Shown here piece by piece: positions 61,497 to 64,000 of a stretch of DNA of 64,000 nt. The stretch comes from Laetmonice hystrix (Eukaryota): positions 25,670,001 through 25,734,000 of the forward strand of contig OZ249436.1 of the NCBI GenBank assembly GCA_965235115.1, read 5' to 3'. Each line of letters begins with the position of its first letter. Position 1 is the first letter of the stretch. The notes under the pieces were generated by a model that was not told the origin of the DNA, ran no database searches, and saw only the letters and a list, made by a program, of their open reading frames with translations. The translations under genes and the position numbers were made by a program.

Positions 61497-62551
61497 TGTT
61501 CCTGGCCGTGTTGTAGGTTATCTAGTTTGTTTGCTAACATATAACATTGTCTCCACGCATGTCCTTGTTTGTGACAGAAGTTACATATGATGTCCTGCCT
61601 ATGGTTCCTATCGGCGTGTGGTGTTGCGTCTCTCTGTCTTGTTACCTTCTCAGTAGGCCTTTCTCGGCTCTTCGACTTATCTCGGCCGTCATATCGACCT
61701 CTGGACTCGTATCGCTCCCTTGATTGATATCTACCTCGCGACTCGTGTTGGCCTCGGCCTTCGTGTCGGCCCCTACTCTCATGTCGGCCTCGGCTACGGC
61801 TGTCATACCGACTCCGGCTATCATAGCGGTTTCTACCCTCATGTTTATTTGTGTTCCTGTAACGCCCTCTAGATTGGTCTCTGCTCCTATCTACCTGTTG
61901 TTGGTTCCCTACCATAGCCATCAATCTGTCCTGTCCTAGCGTTAGTTCCCTTACACAGTGTGTGAGGTGGTCTATTTCTGTCTTTTGGTTTGTTCTCTCC
62001 CCTTGTGTGCATAATATGTTTCCTGCTACCATCGGCTTTTCCCTCTGTAGATCAGCATAGCGCTGTGCCCTCGCTGTTAGATCGTTCAGTTGTACTGCCC
62101 CGCTCATTACCACGAATGTTTTCATCTCAAACGGTAACCCGTTCAGGAACTGTTCCCTGACTAGTTCTGGCCCCAGGTTCAGCCTCTCTGCTAACCTTCT
62201 TAGCTTGTTCGAATATCGCTCCACGCTATCTGGTGGTGTCCACCTGAGCGACCTAAAAGCTTCCAAAGACGCTTCTCTTGACGTTAGTCCTGAGAAATAT
62301 AGTGTGAAAGCATCCCTTAAGTTTGCAGGGTTATTAAACTGCTTATTCGCGATCCATTCTCTGGCTTCACCACTGAGTGATAGTTTGAACTGGTTAACCT
62401 TGTTGTTATCGTCGTATTGATGCGCTATACAATAGTCCTCCCATTTCAACCAATGACTGTACGGGTTTGAATCACCTTCCCCTGTAAAAAGTCTGGGAAA
62501 CAAATCGTGTAACCTTGGGAGATACCCATGTTGTTGATTCGGGTTGGCCAT
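61487..62551 (-). CDS. gag: Gypsy gag (capsid + CCHC zinc knuckle)
   Basis: FTGEGD..HW, LSGEAREW, QFLNGLP, SRGR(H/Y)E repeats and CNFCHKQGHAWRQC. Confidence 0.95.
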   Translation of the reverse strand: MANPNQQHGYLPRLHDLFPRLFTGEGDSNPYSHWLKWEDYCIAHQYDDNNKVNQFKLSLSGEAREWIANKQFNNPANLRDAFTLYFSGLTSREASLEAFRSLRWTPPDSVERYSNKLRRLAERLNLGPELVREQFLNGLPFEMKTFVVMSGAVQLNDLTARAQRYADLQREKPMVAGNILCTQGERTNQKTEIDHLTHCVRELTLGQDRLMAMVGNQQQVDRSRDQSRGRYRNTNKHEGRNRYDSRSRYDSRSRGRHESRGRHEGRGQHESRGRYQSRERYESRGRYDGRDKSKSRERPTEKVTRQRDATPHADRNHRQDIICNFCHKQGHAWRQCYMLANKLDNLQHGQEQDF

Positions 62552-62785
62552 TGCCTTTCTTTGTTTTGTGAGCTTTGCACCGTCTATCGAACTACCTGTA
62601 CGTTACAACTGTTAAACTTGTTTTGACTACTTGTTTTGTTTTGTTTTTCACCTTGCTTTTCGTCCACACGGTTATTGCTTACTGACATGAACCTCCGATG
62701 CCCTGGTTGAACATAAAGCTAGCACATATCAAAGAATGGGTCTTACCATTTTGTTGTCGTGCAGCTCATTGTCGTTCGAAGCAGA

Positions 62786-62803
62786 TCCGGTTGTTCTCCA
62801 CCA
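62786..62803 (-). promoter_or_regulatory. Primer-binding site, tRNA-Ala-like
   Basis: TGGTGGAGAA immediately after the 5' LTR is complementary to a tRNA 3' end ..TTCTCCACCA. Confidence 0.7.
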
Positions 62804-63304
62804 TGTTATGTTGTGAACATGGAAGGGAAGACAGACTTGTTGTGTGCTGAGGTTTTATTCGTCACGATAGACAGTCGCGTCGTGCGTTCTCGTCTCTGTC
62901 TATCTCTCTCTCTCTTTCTATTACATTGTTGTACTATATATACTAAAATGCTTATCATTAGTCAGGTGATTACAAATGGGTCCTCTCTGTAGTGGAGGAG
63001 GGTGCATGATACTTATTTGTTTGCATAAGGAAACGTATGTGGTCATGAAAGATTGGAGCTGACATGGTGTGCTTACATTACTGCGGGAGGTGTTCTATCT
63101 TTCCTTAGATGTAATGATTATGCTTCATTACACAAGAGCTCGATTACATGACAGTGGTATGTGTGTTTGGACTTGTTCCTTTGATAGTGTGGTTATCTCT
63201 AACCATGACTGAGAACAAAGGTCTGATAACAGTGTCCAGGCATGTCCATGTTATCTGGTTGGTAAGTATAGTCTGTTGTGTAAAGTTCAGATAAATATAC
63301 CACA
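62804..63304 (-). repeat. 5' LTR (501 bp)
   Basis: Direct repeat of 53036-53536. Confidence 0.97.
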
Positions 63305-63318
63305 CTACTGACGGGAAT

Positions 63319-64000
63319 AACTAGACACGTTGTGGCGATACCACAATTGATCCCATCCCCGGGGAGTCACGTGATATATGACTTCCTATTCCTGTTCAAT
63401 AGTAACCATGGCTCAATCTTTCACCGTTTACGAGTTGGAGGCTTAGGAAAATAATTTTAATATCATTATAATCTCATACGTCATGATCCTGCTTTCATGC
63501 AGGCTCAGATCCAGTACCGCAAGAAAGGAGGGGCACCAAAGGTGCAAGGCGAACATGGGCGCGGGGGGGGGGGGACTTGAATTTAGAAAGTCAAAGAACG
63601 TTACTTCTGGAGCTAGATGTGAAGTTTTTCAAAGTATTTCAGGCGCATGTAGGGGTCCGGGGGTTGGACCCCCTCTCCTGCTCCCCCAGAGCATAGATTC
63701 ATTTTTCCTTAGATTCAGCGGGACACCATCGAACGAAGAGGTGCAAAGCATTCTGCCTATTTTAAACTGGTTGAGTGATGAATAGGCCTACACAAAATAT
63801 AGTGCACTAAATGGGTCCATAAAAGGCTTCTAATTTAAAAAAAAAACATTTCGGCGACCACCCTGCTGAAAATCCTAGATACGTGGCTGTATTTAGACCT
63901 AGCCTAACAATAATGTCAATTCTTCAAAAAGAAAGAGTGCAGATACGCCCCTGACATGTCGAAAGGGATCATAGAGATCTACTGCATGGTATATCTACCT
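63319..64000 (-). mobile_element. 3' end of another inverted HINE-A-like unit
   Basis: The minus strand reads ggggatgggatc + hairpin ttgtgg-N5-ccacaa + cgtgtCTAGTT (CTAG 63321-63324). A core-repeat motif lies at 63375-63415. The right boundary is uncertain. Confidence 0.6.

Larger units (their letters stand above)
53036..63304 (-). mobile_element. Full-length Ty3/Gypsy LTR retrotransposon with env-like ORF3 (10.27 kb)
   Basis: 501-bp TG..CA LTRs, CTAC TSD (53032-53035, 63305-63308), PBS, gag, and PR-RT-RH-IN domain order. Confidence 0.97.
44274..63318 (-). mobile_element. Inverted HINE-A unit U9 (U4/U7-type) hosting the DIRS and Gypsy elements
   Basis: 44274-44700 is the reverse complement of ~25490-25930, and 52300-53035 that of ~38375-38885 plus 39640-39900. 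Its 5' end attcccgtcagtag is on the minus strand at 63318. Confidence 0.75.

Noticed and set aside
57241..62420. Numerous short plus-strand or alternative-frame ORFs over gag/pol (and over the DIRS ORFs)
   Set aside because: These are shadow ORFs of the real coding frames, with no motifs.

Overview
Eukaryotic (invertebrate-like metazoan) repeat-saturated DNA with no recognisable host gene. The scaffold is a chain of non-autonomous Helentron/HINE-like rolling-circle elements (family A). Each has a 5' palindromic head ATCCCATCCCCC..GGGGATGGGAT, a (GTA)n tract, 146-bp core repeats, and a 3' GGGGATGGGAT + hairpin + CTAGTT. Copies are joined head-to-tail and inserted into each other at TT, and the chain flips orientation near 44270. 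A second HINE family (B) and at least ten TIR elements/MITEs are nested inside, up to five levels deep. Several TSDs (1, 3, 5, 10 bp and TTAA) can be read against empty paralogous sites in the same window. Two apparently intact retroelements lie on the minus strand. One is a DIRS1-type tyrosine-recombinase retrotransposon (45745-50877; gag, RT-RH-MTase, YR, ITRs + ICR). The other is a young Ty3/Gypsy element (53036-63304; 501-bp LTRs identical by eye, tRNA-Ala-type PBS, predicted -1 frameshift, and an env-like multi-TM ORF3). A 5'-truncated CR1/L2-group LINE and 24-bp and 146-bp tandem arrays with higher-order structure are also present. All alignments were made by eye and family names come from structural hallmarks, not database searches.
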